64,000 nucleotides of DNA from the human T2T-CHM13v2.0 reference genome, Homo sapiens. Below the pieces are notes generated by a model. It searched no databases, had not been told where the DNA came from, and saw nothing but the letters and a program-made list of their open reading frames with translations. Of this stretch, positions 35,746 through 60,256 are shown piece after piece; the stretch's first letter is position 1, and each line of letters begins with the position of its first letter. Both the position numbers and the translations under genes were made by a program. The stretch is from assembly GCF_009914755.1 (NCBI RefSeq), contig NC_060940.1; one strand, written 5' to 3'.

Positions 35746-36039
35746 AAAAATTTTTAATTTAAATAAAATTTAATTTAATTAAATTTTTAAGTAATTTTAA
35801 AATTATGTTTTACAGTCACATTGGTATAGAGACTAATATACAATATTACTATTAAGTATTAAACATTTTCTTCACCTAAAAGTTTCTTTTTCTTCTTCTG
35901 AACTTTCTACTTCTTCCAGACCCTTTCTTACAAATAGAAGAAGCTCACTCCGGACTCTGCTTACACACACATTAATGTCTATTTCCCCCAGCAAGCTGCA
36001 AGCTCTGTGAGGACAGGGACCAAGTCTTCACTGCATCCC

Positions 36040-36930
36040 CAGCTAGTAAATGGCACCTCCATCCCCAGATGCTCAGGCCAAAACCCTGCTGCCATCTTTA
36101 TCTCATTCGTGGCTCTAGCTTCCCAATGCGTCTAGCATCCAGCCACTTCTCGCCACCTCCGCTGGTCCAGCCACCATCAGTTCCCACCAGGATCACTGTA
36201 GTAGCCTCTGCACTGGTCTCTCTCTTTCTGCCCCATCCTCACAGTGACCAGAAGTATCCTGGTATAACCTAAAACAGATTATGTCCCTTCTCTGCTCAGA
36301 ACCCTCCCAGCATTCCCAACTCACCCCAAGTCAGAGCCTAAGTCCTCGCTGTGGCCTGCAAGACCCTCTGTGATCTGTCTCTCCATCACCTCCCTGACCT
36401 CTTTCCCTCCTGTCTTCCCCCTTGCTCACTCCACTCCTGTCATTTTGGTCTCCTTGCCAATCTTTAAACGTGCCGGGCATTCTCCTGCCTCAGGGCCTTC
36501 GCACTGGCTGCCTCTGCTGCCTGCAGCACTGTTCACTCGCATACCTGAGTAGTTTACTCCTCCTCTCCCTTGTCATTTTTCTCAAATGTTATCTTCCCAA
36601 GGAGGCCTTTCCATTTAATCTATCTAAAATTCCAAATGTCCCTCCCCTGACACTCTCCATCTTCCTTCTGGATGGATTCCTAACAGCTACAACAGAACCT
36701 GGTGTGTACAGTGACTGCTTAATAAATATTTTCCCACCAGCCTGAGCAAGAAAGCGAGACCCCATTTCTACAAAAAAATTTAAAAATTAGCCAGCTGTGG
36801 TGGCACGGGGCTGTAGTCCCAGCTACTGGGGAGGCTGAGGCAGGAGTATCACTTCAGCCCAGGATGTTGAGGCTGCAGTAAGCTGTACTCCAGCCTGGGC
36901 AACAGAGCAAGACCCCATCTAGGAAAAAGG
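36040..36930. mobile_element. L2 fragment followed by a partial AluJ (36735-36930,+)
   Basis: ctctgctcagaaccctcc...tcctgcctcagggcctt...ctcaaatgttatctt. Confidence 0.72.
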
Positions 36931-38075
36931 AAACAAACAAACAATATTGAAGGAATATATGAACAAATGAGCAAGAGAATGAATACACGAGCAAATGAAT
37001 GAATAAATGAATGAATGCCACTGAAACCTTATGTCTACAAGAAGCTTCCCCTCTTCAGTCTTTCCTCCCAGGCCTCCCTGATGCCAGGGACACAGACCTG
37101 GCCACCAAGGATGCAGCACTGAGCAAATCATGGCCCAACTTCTAGACCTTTCTAACAAAGAGAGGGGGCGCACGCTGGACCTATGCTCACAAACACATTT
37201 TGTTTGACCCACACGGGATCATAAAAATAGGTAAATTGCTACCTACAAATTCAGATTTGTAATTTTCTCTTAAAGAATCAGAAGATCCAGCTGTGCTGAG
37301 CCCACAATCCCACACAGCAACAATCACACGGGGCCAGGCAGCTGTGCCTCCTTTAGATAAGGCACCTGAAAGCTCTCTGGTTTGCCACAGTCCCCACCGC
37401 CCACTACTGCTCTGCCCCCAGCTTCACCTAAACCACTGAGATGGCCCCTGCGACACTAGACTGGATAAACTCTAGGGTGAGTTTGCAACCCCTGGCTTCA
37501 GGATGTTACTGCTGGTCCCAACAAAGAGACAGATTGGGTCAAAAGGGACCAATGTGGGTAGAAGAGTCAAAACGATCTAGAAGCTTTCGGCATTCTCAAC
37601 TAATTTGTCTGCTTAGAGCTTCCTAAGTTCTCTGATAAGGTCTCTTGAAGCCCCTTTGGCCTCCTGAACCTCCTGCCAGCCCCATATCAATGCAAAGGCA
37701 GAGATGGAGGCAGCGGTGGGAGATGAGTCTGAGAAGGAAGGAAGGGGTCAGATCACAAAGGGTCTTAAATGTCAAGCCAAGGAGGTGCTTCCTCTCTTAT
37801 TTATGTCACTCCTTCCAAAGAATCACAAGGCCACAGATGGGTGAACCCTGCTCTGTGGTTCCAGCATTCTGGCTTCCCCTGCCCCCGCCTTGTGCTCCGT
37901 ACTGAGATGCAGGACTCACACCTTCCATTACAGACAAAGACGATAAGGCCCAGGGCAGCTGAGGGACCATCCTGGGCCACACAGCACATTAGAGGTGCTG
38001 ATATTTTAGCCCACTGAAAGAGATGTTTGCTGACAGCCAAGAACTAGAAGGAAGGATTAAAATTAAAAAGTGTTG

Positions 38076-38426
<351 letters not shown>

Positions 38427-38477
38427 TTATATTGCTGGAATGGAGGAGATGTAATGGCCAAATTCAGACCAACACCC

Positions 38478-39112
38478 GAGGCCACATTAAAATGTTGGTG
38501 GGCCTTGCACATTTTTGCCTATTAGGGGCCCTTCTTAAACTTCAAAACATAATAATAAGAATTCTATTTTACAACCACATTGGCAAAAAGATGAATATAT
38601 TAAGTATTAAGCATTTTTTCACCTAAAAGTTTATATCTTCTTCTGATTTTAAAATAAATTAATTTTTTTCTTTTTTTGTTTATTTGTTTTTATTTTTAGA
38701 GATAAGGTCTTGCCCTGTTGCCCAGGCTGGAGTGCAATGGCTCAATCATAGCTCACTGCAGCCTTGAACTCCTGGGTTCAAGTGATCCTCCTGCCTCAGC
38801 CTCCTGAGTAGCTGAGACCACAGGCACATACCACCACATCTGGCTAGTTTTTTTTATTTTTTGTAGAGATGGGATCTCACTCTGTCACCCAGGCTGGTCT
38901 CAAACTCCTGAGCTCACGCAATTCTCCTGCATCAACCTCCCAAAGTGCTGGGATTAGAAGCGTGATCTACCACGCCCGGCCCTAAAACATTTTCATGGGC
39001 CCGTAGAATTTTCATGGCCCTAAAACATTTTCACAGGCCCAAGACCTTTATAGAAGTATTCTGGGCCCTCCGCTCTGTGCCTCCTGAGCCTAAGAAAGAT
39101 GCCCGCCCTCCT
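38478..39112 (-). mobile_element. MER96B-like hAT transposon with AluJ (38662-38981,-) inside
   Basis: ggtgggccttgcacatttttgcc...cttctgattttaaaa...aaacattttcatgggccc...tgtgcctcctgagcctaa; family name from recall. Confidence 0.6.
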
Positions 39113-39184
39113 GCAGCAGGCTCCCAGCTCTCACCACCAACTGGGCACCTCAATAATATTTAAGATCTATGTGCTAGGCATTTT

Positions 39185-42290
<3,106 letters not shown>

Positions 42291-43056
42291 TATTTGCCGT
42301 CTCTTTAGTCCCACAACAAACTTCAATGAGAATCTCCACTTTCAAGACAAGCAAAGTGAGGGTCTGAACTTTCGGTGACTTGCCTAAGACCACACAGCCA
42401 GTAAGAAATGGAGCAAGACTCAACCCAGGTCTGCAGACTCCACACCACATCCTAAAATCTTCCCAGCTCTCTGCTCCCATTGCTATGTCAGAATTTCCTA
42501 CCAGAACCAGATGTTCCCACCATGGACAGCTGGGGGTGTCCTGAAAGAAATCTCCTAGGAATATACCTCCATAGAGACAGGGAAAATCCAAGAGGGGCCA
42601 AAATAAATGGCTCTCACACTTCCATTTCTGCTACATGGACAAGGCTAAACAGAAGATGTTTAAGCAGAGGTGATCAAACTTAGCCCACACTGCCCAGGCA
42701 GGTCAACGCTGAGGTTTAAGGAAAAGTCATAGAGATGACATGAGGAACACAGGATACTTCAATGGCCAGAAGTCTAACAGCTGAAATTCAAACACAGAAG
42801 AGATGTTTTTCCTCCAAATCCTTAGTCTCTGTGATAAAGATTATCTAAGGATTAATGAGCTAGGTATTAAATGGCACCATATTGGCTTGCCGCTTTTAGA
42901 AGTGACCCATAAAATATCAAAATCAATGGCAATTAAGTTTATATGTTTAGTTAAGGGATTTTTTTTGGGCATTAAACCTTAAGACAGGTGCACTTGTCTC
43001 TCAATCACACTTCAGACTGGGGCTTGACAATTAGATCACAGAGCTGTGGCATGTTA

Positions 43057-43073
43057 CTGCCACCTGATGGCAG
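43057..43073 (-). promoter_or_regulatory. Candidate CTCF site
   Basis: CCATCAGGTGGCA vs core CCASYAGRKGGCR (1 mismatch). Confidence 0.35.
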
Positions 43074-43598
43074 CATACCTTTGGTGAACCATGGAACTTG
43101 AAAGCTGAGAAGAATCCTATTAGGTCAATCAATTTACGTGATTCTTAACCCCGGAAATGTGAATCCCAGGCCCCACCCACAACGATTCTGATTTCATTGG
43201 TCAGGGTGGAGCCCATATATCTTAGCGTTTTAAAAGCTCCCAGGTGATTCCAATGTACACTCAGGGTGAGAATCACAGCCTATTAAAAATATCCTTCCAA
43301 CATTAGAAAAACAACAGAGAGTCATTTTAGTGATGGCTCATGTGATGGCACCGGCCGATCCTTCAGGGAAGGGCATTTATGGGGCAGAATAGTTCAGTGG
43401 TCAGGTGTCTGACTTCTGGAATCAGCAGAGCTGAGTGCAAATGCTGGCTCTGTCACTTCCTGCCATGTGAGTCCTCCCATCTTTCTGTGCCTTTATTTCC
43501 TTGTTGGCGAAATGGGCACAGCACCTGTAGGGGTCTTGTGAAGACTCAACATGGGCAAAGAGCTTAGATGCAATGCCTGGAAAAAAGTAAGTGCTTAG

Positions 43599-43909
<311 letters not shown>

Positions 43910-45255
43910 TTAGGAGATGGCTTTCGTTGTCATCACTGTCACCTACATGCGGGTCAGAGGAAACATGAGACACGGTCTTCTGCAGCCTAATTGGGGGAAA
44001 CAAGAGTGACATGCAGGTACCATCACAGACTAGCACATGGCCAGGGGGTCACGCACTGGTTCAGTGCAGGGATTCTAGAGCCAGGCCTGCCTGGGTGCAG
44101 CCTGGCTCCATCACTCACTGCACGTGTAACATCAATATGAACCTTTTGGTGCCTCAGTTTCCCTACCTATAAAAACATGAAGATCACCAACGCTGGTGTT
44201 TCTACAGTGCATATTATAGGGTAGGTCGGCAGGGCTTGTTGTCAACCACCAGGGGGTACAGCTGGGACAACTCAGTGGGCGGCAGTCCAGGTTGCCTGAG
44301 GCTGCTGCAGACATGCTCTGGGCTCCTTCGTGGGCCCCAGCCTGGGTCCTGGCCCTGCGCCTTCCATTGTCTCCTCCATGCCCATCAATGTTGCCTGGGA
44401 ACGGCCTCATTTTTGCCCCTTGAAGATGCCCTTTCTCCCATTACCCCCTCCCCATCTGATTCCCTTTGAGCTGCTAAGATAGCAAAGGTGAATGGAGCTG
44501 GCATCTCCTGCCCTAGGAAGGAGACTCCTTAAAGGCCCCTTGTATTCCCAGAGGCCCACTGGAGGGTGATGTCTTCCTGCTTCAGGGAGGGGACAGCAGA
44601 GGGAATTCATGCAGAAAGAAAGGGGGGCCATCAGATTCCAAGAGGAGAAGATGTTTGGGGATCCACAGCACCCTAAAAGATGTCAGGGCCTTCAAAGAAA
44701 AACGTCACGGGAAAGCTGGACTTTGGGGTCATAGGTTATTAGCTCAGCCAAAATCTTGCACCCAGTGAGGGTCCCATGGTGCCCATGAGGCCAGAAAACC
44801 ACCAGCTGTGGGGAGAGGAAGGGTAGGGGAAGACCAGAGCGTTCTCTCAAATGGCCTGAAAACTTCATACGACCCAGGGGCTGAAAGGAAATCTCAAAAA
44901 CTGGAGATTGAATTTCTTGCTATTCTGGGGAGTGGAAGCTCAGAGTTCTATCCTACTGGGTCTACAGGAATAAATGACTAGGGCATTCCTTGGCTAGAAG
45001 AAGTGAGAGTGCCTGTTCATACCCACCATAGCCTTAAAGAGAAATGCCATGTGTGACTGCCCTCACCATCGCACACCATTGCATCTTGCTTGCAGGCCAG
45101 GGGCACACAGACAGGACTTAAATCTCAGCCTCAACTCAAGGTCACCAACTCAAGCCTTCTCAATGACCAGCAATGACTGAGGCGAGCCTGTGGGGACTGG
45201 GTGACCGTGAGAGGGTGTGCCCTGTCTAGATGGGGATGAACTGACATGCTGGTCA

Positions 45256-45810
45256 TCTGGACAGTCAGGGTCTCTGCAGGAAACAGATGGTACCTCCGAG
45301 GGGCTCACTGAAGACCGACGAGTGAAGAAATTATGTATAGGGGTGTGGACAGGGTTGAGGGGCTGGTAACCAAGGGAAACCCAGGTCTGAAGGGGCAGGG
45401 GAGGGAAAGGAGCCTGGAAGAGGTGAAGCCATAGAGGAGGAGCTGCCATCAGGAGCTGAATTCACACTTAACAAGCCTCAGAATCAGAACTTAAGCATCT
45501 CTGGGCCGGGACTTGAGAATCGGTCTTTCCAACATGTTCCCAGAGGATGCTGATGCTGCCGGCCTGGGAACCACACTTTGAGAGCCACTCCTTAGAGAAA
45601 TGTAGTCACTGTCAAAACCGCAACAGGGAGAGAACAAGATGAGCCAGAAAGGAATGCCCTGATCTTTCTCTCCTTCTGCCCTCTTGATTCCCTGTAGGTG
45701 CCTCCTGTTGGCCAAAACCAATGGGCACAGAGTCCAGGCAGTTCCCAGGGCACCGAGAAGGGCAGGGAATGGACATGGAGGGGTGGATGGAGAACAGCTG
45801 GCACACCGCC
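45256..45810. mobile_element. ERVL LTR (LTR33/LTR16-like) with a MER5A piece (~45460-45590)
   Basis: agggtctctgcaggaaacagatgg...cctcctgttggccaaaacca; gatgctgatgctgcc...ccacactttgag. Confidence 0.55.
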
Positions 45811-46423
45811 CTACTTAAGGTGGTCCCCACCCCTCCTCACCGCATCATGCTTATTCCTGCACCTGCGTTGCTTTTCTTCCATAGTGAGACCACCATCACG
45901 CTCTGAAATTGTCCTGTGTATGGATTTGTCAACTTGTTTAGTACACGTGTCCTCTATAGGACGTGCAGGGGACTTTTCCTCTGCTTTCGGATCTATTTAC
46001 GTGTAGTCCTGTGTGCACTGTGGGCTTAACCACTTTCTAGACTAGGCTGGAGGCTGCGTACCCTGAAATCCTGAGAATTCATATTCTATCTCTCTATCTT
46101 AGGCATCAAAATCACAACATCAAGTAGTGATATCTGAAGGTGTCTGAATTAATCTCAATCCCCAAAAGTACACTTCTCTTCTCTTAAGTTCCCAATGTCA
46201 ACGTTTTATATTCACACAGTTGTATCCCATCAACATTTATTGAGCACCTACTATGTGCCAGTCCTGGTTTTAGGTGCTGGAGACACAGCAGCGAACCACA
46301 CAGACAAAATCCCTGCCCTCACGGAACTTCCATTCTCATGTTAAAGTGTACATATCAGTAATTCTTTGGAATCCTCTCTCCAAAAAATGATGTTTCCTGG
46401 CTCTTCTAAATAACACCCAGACA

Positions 46424-46722
<299 letters not shown>

Positions 46723-47730
46723 ATGCCCAGACAATGTCTCTGCAACACGGAGGCCACATGTTTTCAGCAACAAATAGAAACTTCGTGACCATGTATGTCT
46801 TGTTCGCTGTTGTGTCCTCAAAGCCTGGAGCAGTGATCAGTGCTGCAGACATGATTGTGGAATGAAGCAATTAATAGTACTTCATAAATCGTCTTTCTCA
46901 AGAATCTCACAAGAGCGGGGACCTACTCTGCAGAATCCAGAATGTATGGCCACAGTGAGACAGAAATTGAATCTTGGGAGCAATCTAAGACAGAAGAGAC
47001 AAACAGAAAGGGATATCTACACTAGCCAAGAAAGAGCTGAGGGCTCCAACAGCAGACATTGGGCAGCCACATTGAGCCTTACACCTGCCACGAGGCAGCA
47101 GACTTAAGATCGGGAGGTCACCTTAGCCATCACGTCTGCATTCTCAGCCTTTTCCCATGGCTGGGTCTCTGTTCTTGCTACTGCCTTAATCTCAACATCT
47201 CTCTCTCTGTTTCTCTAAGTCTGAACCATCCCCAGCCTTCAAGATCCAGCTCAAATGTCCACCCCACTCTCCCGTCATGAAGCCTGTCTTGTTCACCAAC
47301 CACTCGCTCCATCCAGAAGCAACATTTCTCCACTCTAAATTTCCCAAGGGTTTTATTGCAATATCACTCATCGTATTGTCACGTGCTACCCTGAGCGTGG
47401 CTTGGCCCCTCTGCTAAGCCCCTTTGGAAGGCAGATCCCACCCCAGGCTCGAGTTTGTCATGTTGCCTTAGAGCCAGGATCCCACAACCCGGAAGAGAGT
47501 CCAGAACAAGCCCCACGCAAAGGACTTGGCGTTCATCACAGCAATGGCACGAAGTCTGAATCCATTCCCATTTTACAGATGAGAAAACTAAGGCTCACAG
47601 AGGCAGAGTGACCTACCCAAGGTGACACAGCCACTATGTGGCAGAATCAGGATCTGGACTTAAGTCCTTATCTGTCCAAGGCTCTGTTATCATGCAGGGG
47701 ACTGACTTGGTCAGAAACGGAACAAGACAG

Positions 47731-47990
47731 GACAGGCGCGGTAGCTCATTCGTGTAATCCCAGCACTTTGGGAGGCCAAGGCAGGTGGATCACTTGAGGT
47801 CAGGAGTTTGAGACCAACATGGTCAAACCCTGTCTCTACTAAAAATACAAAAAATAGCTGGGCGTGGCAGTGTGCACCTGTAGTCGAGGCTGAGGCACAA
47901 GAATCGCTGAAACCTGGGAGGCGGAGGTTGCAGTGAGCCAAGATCGTGCCACTGCACTCCAGCCTGGGCTACGGAGTGACACCCTGCCTC

Positions 47991-48017
<27 letters not shown>
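47731..48017 (+). mobile_element. AluS with small internal deletions
   Basis: Dimer plus poly(A). Confidence 0.92.
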
Positions 48018-48024
<7 letters not shown>

Positions 48025-48843
48025 GGACACATTCCAGAAGGCATTCTATGGCCAGACCAGGTATCTCTAAAATCTTTTTTTAAACATTTTATTTATTATG
48101 GGAAATTTCCATCCTTTGCAAAAGTAGAGAGACTAGTACAAAAAGCCCCATGTCCCCATCACCAGCTTCAATACCTGTCAACTCAAGGCCAGTCTTGTCA
48201 CCTCTACACCCCACTGTCCCCACCACCATGAGATTATTTTGAAACAAATTCCAGAATTGGACCTAGATATGTTTTTCAGGGGTGTGTCCACCGTTCAGAA
48301 AAGACAAATGGAAGGTCATTTCTTCCTAGACCTTGTGGCATCACCTTATGGGGCAGCTGGATTTTGCAGCATGAGAATCAAACAGAAAATTCAGGAGGCC
48401 CTGACCTCCCCTCACCGCTAGCCCCTCTGAGTTACTGTCTCCAGGGGCTCTGGCTGAGCGAGGATGGATGGGGGCATCACTCAGAAATTGCCCTCAGTGC
48501 AGCAGCTTGAGCTTGTCAGCAGGCACATCGAGACTGCCATGAAACAGAGAGCCTGGCACGGGCCCTCAGCAGAAATGAGTCTTCCAGGAATCCACCACAG
48601 ATAGAACTGGCCGGGTCACAGCTGCCTCACTCTGGCTCACCACTCAGGCCTGATTCCAGGAATTCCACCCCCAGATCTCCTCCTGTAGGTCTGGTTTAAT
48701 TGAGAAAGAAGCTCCTGTGTGAAGGCAGCAAGGAGAGCCATGGGGTGCACCAGGGTCACCAGGAAGCCGGACAGGGTGTGCTCCCTGGTTAAAAGCTGGG
48801 CTCTGGCTTCCCGCAGACCTGAATTCAAATCCCCACTGTGCCA

Positions 48844-49140
<297 letters not shown>

Positions 49141-49598
49141 TCAAATCCCCACTGTGCCACCTGCTAGCTGTGGGACTGGGAGTAAATAATGGTTTTTTTT
49201 TTAAAATATATATATTTGTTTGGTTGGGTTCTTTTTTGTAGTTGTTTGCTATTAAGGTTGACCATTCCAATCTTCTGGGGTTGCTGGGAAGGCTAAATAA
49301 GGTTATTGGCATAAAACAAGACATCTTCAGTTAGGATTTAATTCAGACAACATCTGCAAAGGAATCAGCTCCATGTTTTGACAACCACACCCTCAATGTC
49401 ATTCATCACAGGTCTGGAGGCGCCAGCACAGGGAGGTGTCTAGGCTCAGAAGCCACAGGACGTGAGTTCAAATCCATCCTCTGCCTCCTCATAGCCAAGT
49501 GATCTCAGGGAGTGGCTTCACCTCTCTAAGCCCTTTCCTTGCTTGCCAGACGGAAATCAGAGCGCCTTCCATCCAGGCTTGCAAAAAGGATTCAAACA

Positions 49599-50477
<879 letters not shown>

Positions 50478-51079
50478 CTAAGTTAGAGACACATGTCACT
50501 CCTCCCAAGGAGAGCCCGGGCGTCTTCCCAAGCCAGAAGCAGGAGGCTGTAATTCTGCAACTTCAGCCTGAGCAGGTGGGGGGAACCTGGCAGGGCCACA
50601 GGCAAAATCAAGGGGGGTGGCCAGAGGCAGATGCCCAATGCTGGCAGAAGGTGTGCAGAGCATTGAGGGTCTGCCAAGTTACCCTTGGCATGGACATTGG
50701 GCGCCCAGGTCCTGGTTGGCAGCAGAGATGTGGGCAACGAGACAGGGGGAAGGGGTCACTAAGGAGCCCAGCATCCTTGGCTGAATCCCCAGATCCTGGG
50801 TCTGAAGATCGTGACTTAATTCCATACCCCACCAGATGGTGTTGCTGAGGCTTCCATGGAGTCAGGAGGTGGGGAGAGGCGGGGAAGGCAGGGTCAACAG
50901 AGAGAGGCAGTAGCAACAGTTTCACAAAGTCAACCAGCCAATAACACGTGCTGACATGCTTTATGCGCCTACCAACGTGTGTTCTAAGTGCTTTACATGC
51001 ATCAATTGCTAATCTGCACGACAGCCTATGAGGCAGCTCCTATGACCACACCCATTTTACAGATGAAGAAACTGAGGCT

Positions 51080-51443
<364 letters not shown>

Positions 51444-52479
51444 TCACTTGTCTAACTTTACACAGCTAGTGGTGGAGCCAGGATTCCAATCAAGACAGCT
51501 TGGCACAGAGCCTTTGATTTGGTCATTCCTCTGTACTACATCTTAGCAGAGCAGGCAGGTCCTAGTAAAATTCATTCCTCCTAAGGAAAGTCCCACACAC
51601 CCTCCAGAGACCCCACACGTGGCAGGAGAACCTAGCAGCCTTCCAGACGTGCCCAGCGAAGTGGACTCAAATCTGGCTGGTTCAAAGTTTGACCCTGGTT
51701 CCGAGACCCAGATTCCACAAGCAGCAAAGCTTTTTGGCAGGTGCATGGTAAATTTTCTTCATAGTTGAGTGCTTTCAACTTGCTGGGCGGGCAGAGAAGA
51801 ATCAGTCCTGGTCCCCAGCAAATGAGGCCAATGGGGAATGATTTTAACTGGTTGGCAAGGGCAAGAGTTCATACACCTTTGCTGGCCAGATTCAAGGAAT
51901 TCAGCTGGGGGAAAAAAATGCCAACAGATCTTGTGTGAAGCTTCTCCTCTCACTATCTGGGCTGGCGGCAGAGCCTTGGCAAGCACTTCCTTGGATTCTC
52001 CGGAGGCCTCTGCCAGTTCAACTGACGGGGCAGCAGATGGCACACACTTCTCTGCTGATGATATTTTGATTTATTTATCTCTTACAGATGGTACCATGCC
52101 TTGATTTCTGGCAGGAGTCCAAAATGCAGGTCAACTTTCTGGGGATAATCGTTTCTACAAATGGATGAAATACTGAAGACTAAAACCCCGCTTGGCATCA
52201 TGACTGCTACACCGTGGCCTCCAGACATACGTTGCTTGGGCATTTGGGGCATTTTGTATAAATCAAGGGAAGAATTTTGTTCTCAAGAATGTTAAAGCTG
52301 AAGAAGCTAAATGCTTATCTAAAATTAGAATTATAGTGATTAAATGTAAGAGATTTAAACTTACAGAGTCCTGAATTCAAGTCTCAGCTCTGCCACATAC
52401 AAGCTCTGTGACCCAGGGGTCAGACTCTCTGGGTCTTAGTTTCCACATCTGTAAAATGGTTATAATTGTCACCTCTACC

Positions 52480-53915
52480 ACATCAGGTATGGCAGAAACA
52501 GCTAGCTATCTACCAAAAGAAGTGATCTTCTGTAGTATGGAGTTATTGCTAAGAAGTAGCTGCCCTGGCCAGGCACCATGGCTCATGCCTGTAATCCCAG
52601 CACGTTGGGAGGCTGAGGAGGGAGGATCACTTGAGGCCAGGAATTTGAGACAAGTCTGGGCAACACAGCAAGAGCTTGTCTCTATAAAAAACAAAAAATG
52701 AGCCAATGTGGTGACACGCACCTGTAGCCCTAGCAACTCAAAAAGCTGTGGTGGGAGGATTACTTGAGCCCAGGAGTTCAAGGCTGCAGTGAGCTATGAT
52801 TGTGCCATTGCACTCAGCCCAGCCAGGTACAATATTTCCCAGCATCCCCCGCATCCCAGTGGGGTCATGTGAGCAGTGGGTCACGTGACTAGTTCCTGCC
52901 AATATGATGTGTGTGTGCGTGAAGTGAGGCAATTCCTGGGGAGGGCTTTTATGAAATGGGTGTACTCTCTCTTTCCTCTTCCAGCTAGATGCAAAGGGCT
53001 CTAAGGCTCCATGAAATGGAACAATTTGGAAGTTGCATAGTCCCCTGGGTTAGTCTATTTTGCATTGCTATAAAGGAATACCTCAGACTGGGTAATTTAT
53101 AGAGTATGAGGTTTATTTGGCTCGTGGCTCTGCAGGCCATATAAGCATGGTATCAGCATCTGCTCTGCTTCTGGTCAGGCCTCAGGAAGCTTTTACTCAT
53201 GTTGGAAGGTGAAGGGGGAGTAGGCGTATCACATGGTGAGAGCAGGAGCAAGAGAGAGGAGAGGACCTTCCAGTTTCTTTAACAACCAGATCTTGCATGA
53301 ACTCATTGTCGTGGGCAGGGCACCAAGTCATTCATAAGGGATCCACGCCCATGACCCAAACACCTCCTACCAGTCCCCACCTCCAACATGGGGGATCACA
53401 TTTCAACATGAGATTTGTAGGGGACAAATTACCAAACCATATCATCCCAAAACACTATGTAGAGTAGAACTGCCATCCACCAGGACCACCTGTGCTGACA
53501 TGTTACATGAGCAGGAAACAAACTTCTATTGCTAGCTGGGCACAGTGGCTCACACCTGTAATCCCAGCACTTTGGGAGGACAAGGCAGGAGGATCACTTG
53601 AGTCCAGGAGTTTCAGACCAGCTGGGACAACATGTTGAAACCCTGTTTCTACTGAAAATACAAAAATTAGCTGGGCATGGCGGTGCATGCCTGTAGTCCC
53701 AGCTACTCAGGAGACTAAGGAAGGAGGATCACTTGAGCCCAGGAGTTTGAGGCTGCAGTGAGCCCAGATCATGTCACTGCACTCCAGCCTGGGTGACAGA
53801 GCAAGACTCTGTCTCAAAAAAATAATAATAAAAATAAAAATTAATAAAAGAAAATAAACTTCTACTGTTACTCCATTGACATTTCAGGGCTTATTTGTTA
53901 CAGCAGCTAGTGCTG
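52480..53915. mobile_element. MLT1 LTR interrupted by AluJ (52567-52815,+), MST LTR (53048-53444,-) and AluJ (53535-53850,+)
   Basis: atttcccagcatcccc...tttgttacagcagctag; MST gctataaaggaatacctcagactggg...aaaccatatca. Confidence 0.75.
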
Positions 53916-54772
53916 CCCTACACATAGGGTAGCTGGAGATAAATGAGGTAATACATGTGAGGCACGTGGTGCAGGACAAGGACTCAGTTTCAGGGAAGCT
54001 TGATAAATTAAAGAATTGTGATTTTTGTAATGTCATCCCATATGTTTGGTTTGGTTTAAAGCAAGGCAAATATTTTCCCCTTATCTCAGTCTTATTTCTG
54101 CCCTTTTTCTAAATATAGAGATGGGGTCTCACTATGTTGCCCAGGCTGGTCTCAAACTCCTAGGCTCAAGCAATCCTCCCTCCTCAGTTACCCTATCTCA
54201 TTCTCCAAGAGCATGCTTTGAAAGAGAAATCAAAATGGGGGGCAGGGATACTGGGGAGTTTTTTTGGAGGCATTCTATGGCTGACACTGTGAGATTGTGG
54301 CCCATGATTATCTGCATCTCAGCTTGCAGGAAAACAGCCTGTTGCATGGCAAGAGTGACACCATCTTGAAGTGAAATTGCCATGATGAACAATGTTTGAC
54401 TCCCGCAGCAAGGTCTTTAAACGACACCTGTGGCATAAATAACCCCTGATAGAGAAACAATGCCCATAGCATAGATAACCCCTTGTCAAGATGCTTATCC
54501 AACATCCTCAGTGGTCATGAGTTTTGCAAGAAAGTCTGAGGTGTGACCAGCTACGCATGGTTTTTATCCTAAAAGTTTGCTAGAGAAAGGATATTTTTTG
54601 GAGGTCGGTGCGGGAATCCACTGTTGCATGGCCGCAAGACACCACTTCTGTTTGTAAGCCCTTATTAATGTTTCTCTCTGAGAAACGGGATTTGTCAGCC
54701 TCTTTCTTTGGCATCTCAGCTCCCTTGGACCTTGGAGGTGGGTTTGCATAGGCCTGCTCACTGCAGAACATG

Positions 54773-54790
54773 TAGCAATCCAGCCAGGAG
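54773..54790 (+). other. Primer-binding site, tRNA-Arg(ACG)-like
   Basis: tagcaatccagccaggag vs TGGCGAGCCAGCCAGGAG, 15/18 match, 2 nt after the 5' LTR. Confidence 0.7.
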
Positions 54791-55224
54791 CCGAGAGACC
54801 AAGAAATGGGCAGAGGGAATGAAGCATCCATGGGGGACATCGCAGGGTAGCCAGCCACTTCTATGTGGAGTGGTGTGGCTCATCTTTTGGACACTTTTGG
54901 CCCATGGCATGAGTACAAGGATGCCCCAGAAATGTCAGGATCACTGCTTCTGTGGGCTGCCCATTGGGTGACGGAAGCCCAGCTAGCAACAGAAGCAAAA
55001 GTAAAATGGCTTGAGGAGGAATTATAATTAGAAAGAAGTTTTTTTTAGAGCTCTACAGTCAGAAGTCAGCTTAATTAGAAGCTAATATTCAGGTTATAAT
55101 TTTTTTTCTAGATAGGGGAAGGCCTTTATCCTGTTTCTGGCATTTTTTTTCAGTCGACTGAAACACCTTTTTAAAAATTACATTTGATCCCTCTGTTTGG
55201 TGTCTTTTCTGTTGGTATAATTTT

Positions 55225-55537
55225 TATTTTTTTCCTTTCTTTTTTTTCTTTTTTTGGAGACAGCATCTTGCTCTGTCACTCAGGCTTGAGTGCAGTGGCA
55301 CAATCATGGCTTACTGCAGCCTCGACCTCCCAGGATCAAAGTATCCTACTGCTTCAGCCTCTGGAGTAGCTGGGATTACAGGCGCGAGCCACCATGCCCA
55401 GCTAATTTTTGTATTTTTTGTAGAGATGGGGTTTTGCCATGTTGCTCAGGCTGGTCTCGAGCTCCTGGCCTCAAGCAGTCTTCCCGCCCCAGCCTCCCAA
55501 AGTGCTGGAATTACAGGGATGAGCCCCCATGCCTGGT
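55225..55537 (-). mobile_element. AluJ inside the ERV
   Basis: Full dimer. Confidence 0.9.
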
Positions 55538-55659
55538 CTTGTTGGCATGATTTTTGCTCTTGCTCTTCCATTTCCTTCCACTTCTGCTCCTCCTGCCTTT
55601 TGCTATCTTTGAAGCCAAATGAATCAATCTAGAGGAGACTTCCTGTGCCCCTGAGACCC

Positions 55660-56370
<711 letters not shown>

Positions 56371-56679
56371 CTCCTTGAGGAACACAGGAAAAGGTGCCAC
56401 TCACCCCCTTTTTGGGGTCTTCTGCCTTCCTTGTGGGGTTCCAAGAGTCATGAGAAGGTTTCTCTGTGGTCTAAAACTCTGCTCTCTTTTGCATTGCTTT
56501 CTCCCATCTTTGAGGCTTTTGGGAGTACCAGGGATTACTTAGTACTATGACAGAATATGACCTTTGCGTGTGCCATGGCTGACAAGTCACTGATGAGGGC
56601 TGCCATTTTGAGGGTGGCTGACAGTGTTTACAACGAGAGTTATTGCCGCAGGGAGGCTACTCCTTTCTTTGCATGTTTA

Positions 56680-60256
<3,577 letters not shown>

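Noticed and set aside
52050-52135. Plus-strand acceptor-like ttatttatctcttacag|atg
   Set aside because: It is antisense to GSG1L, hits a stop within a few codons and has only a weak donor; there is no support for an exon.
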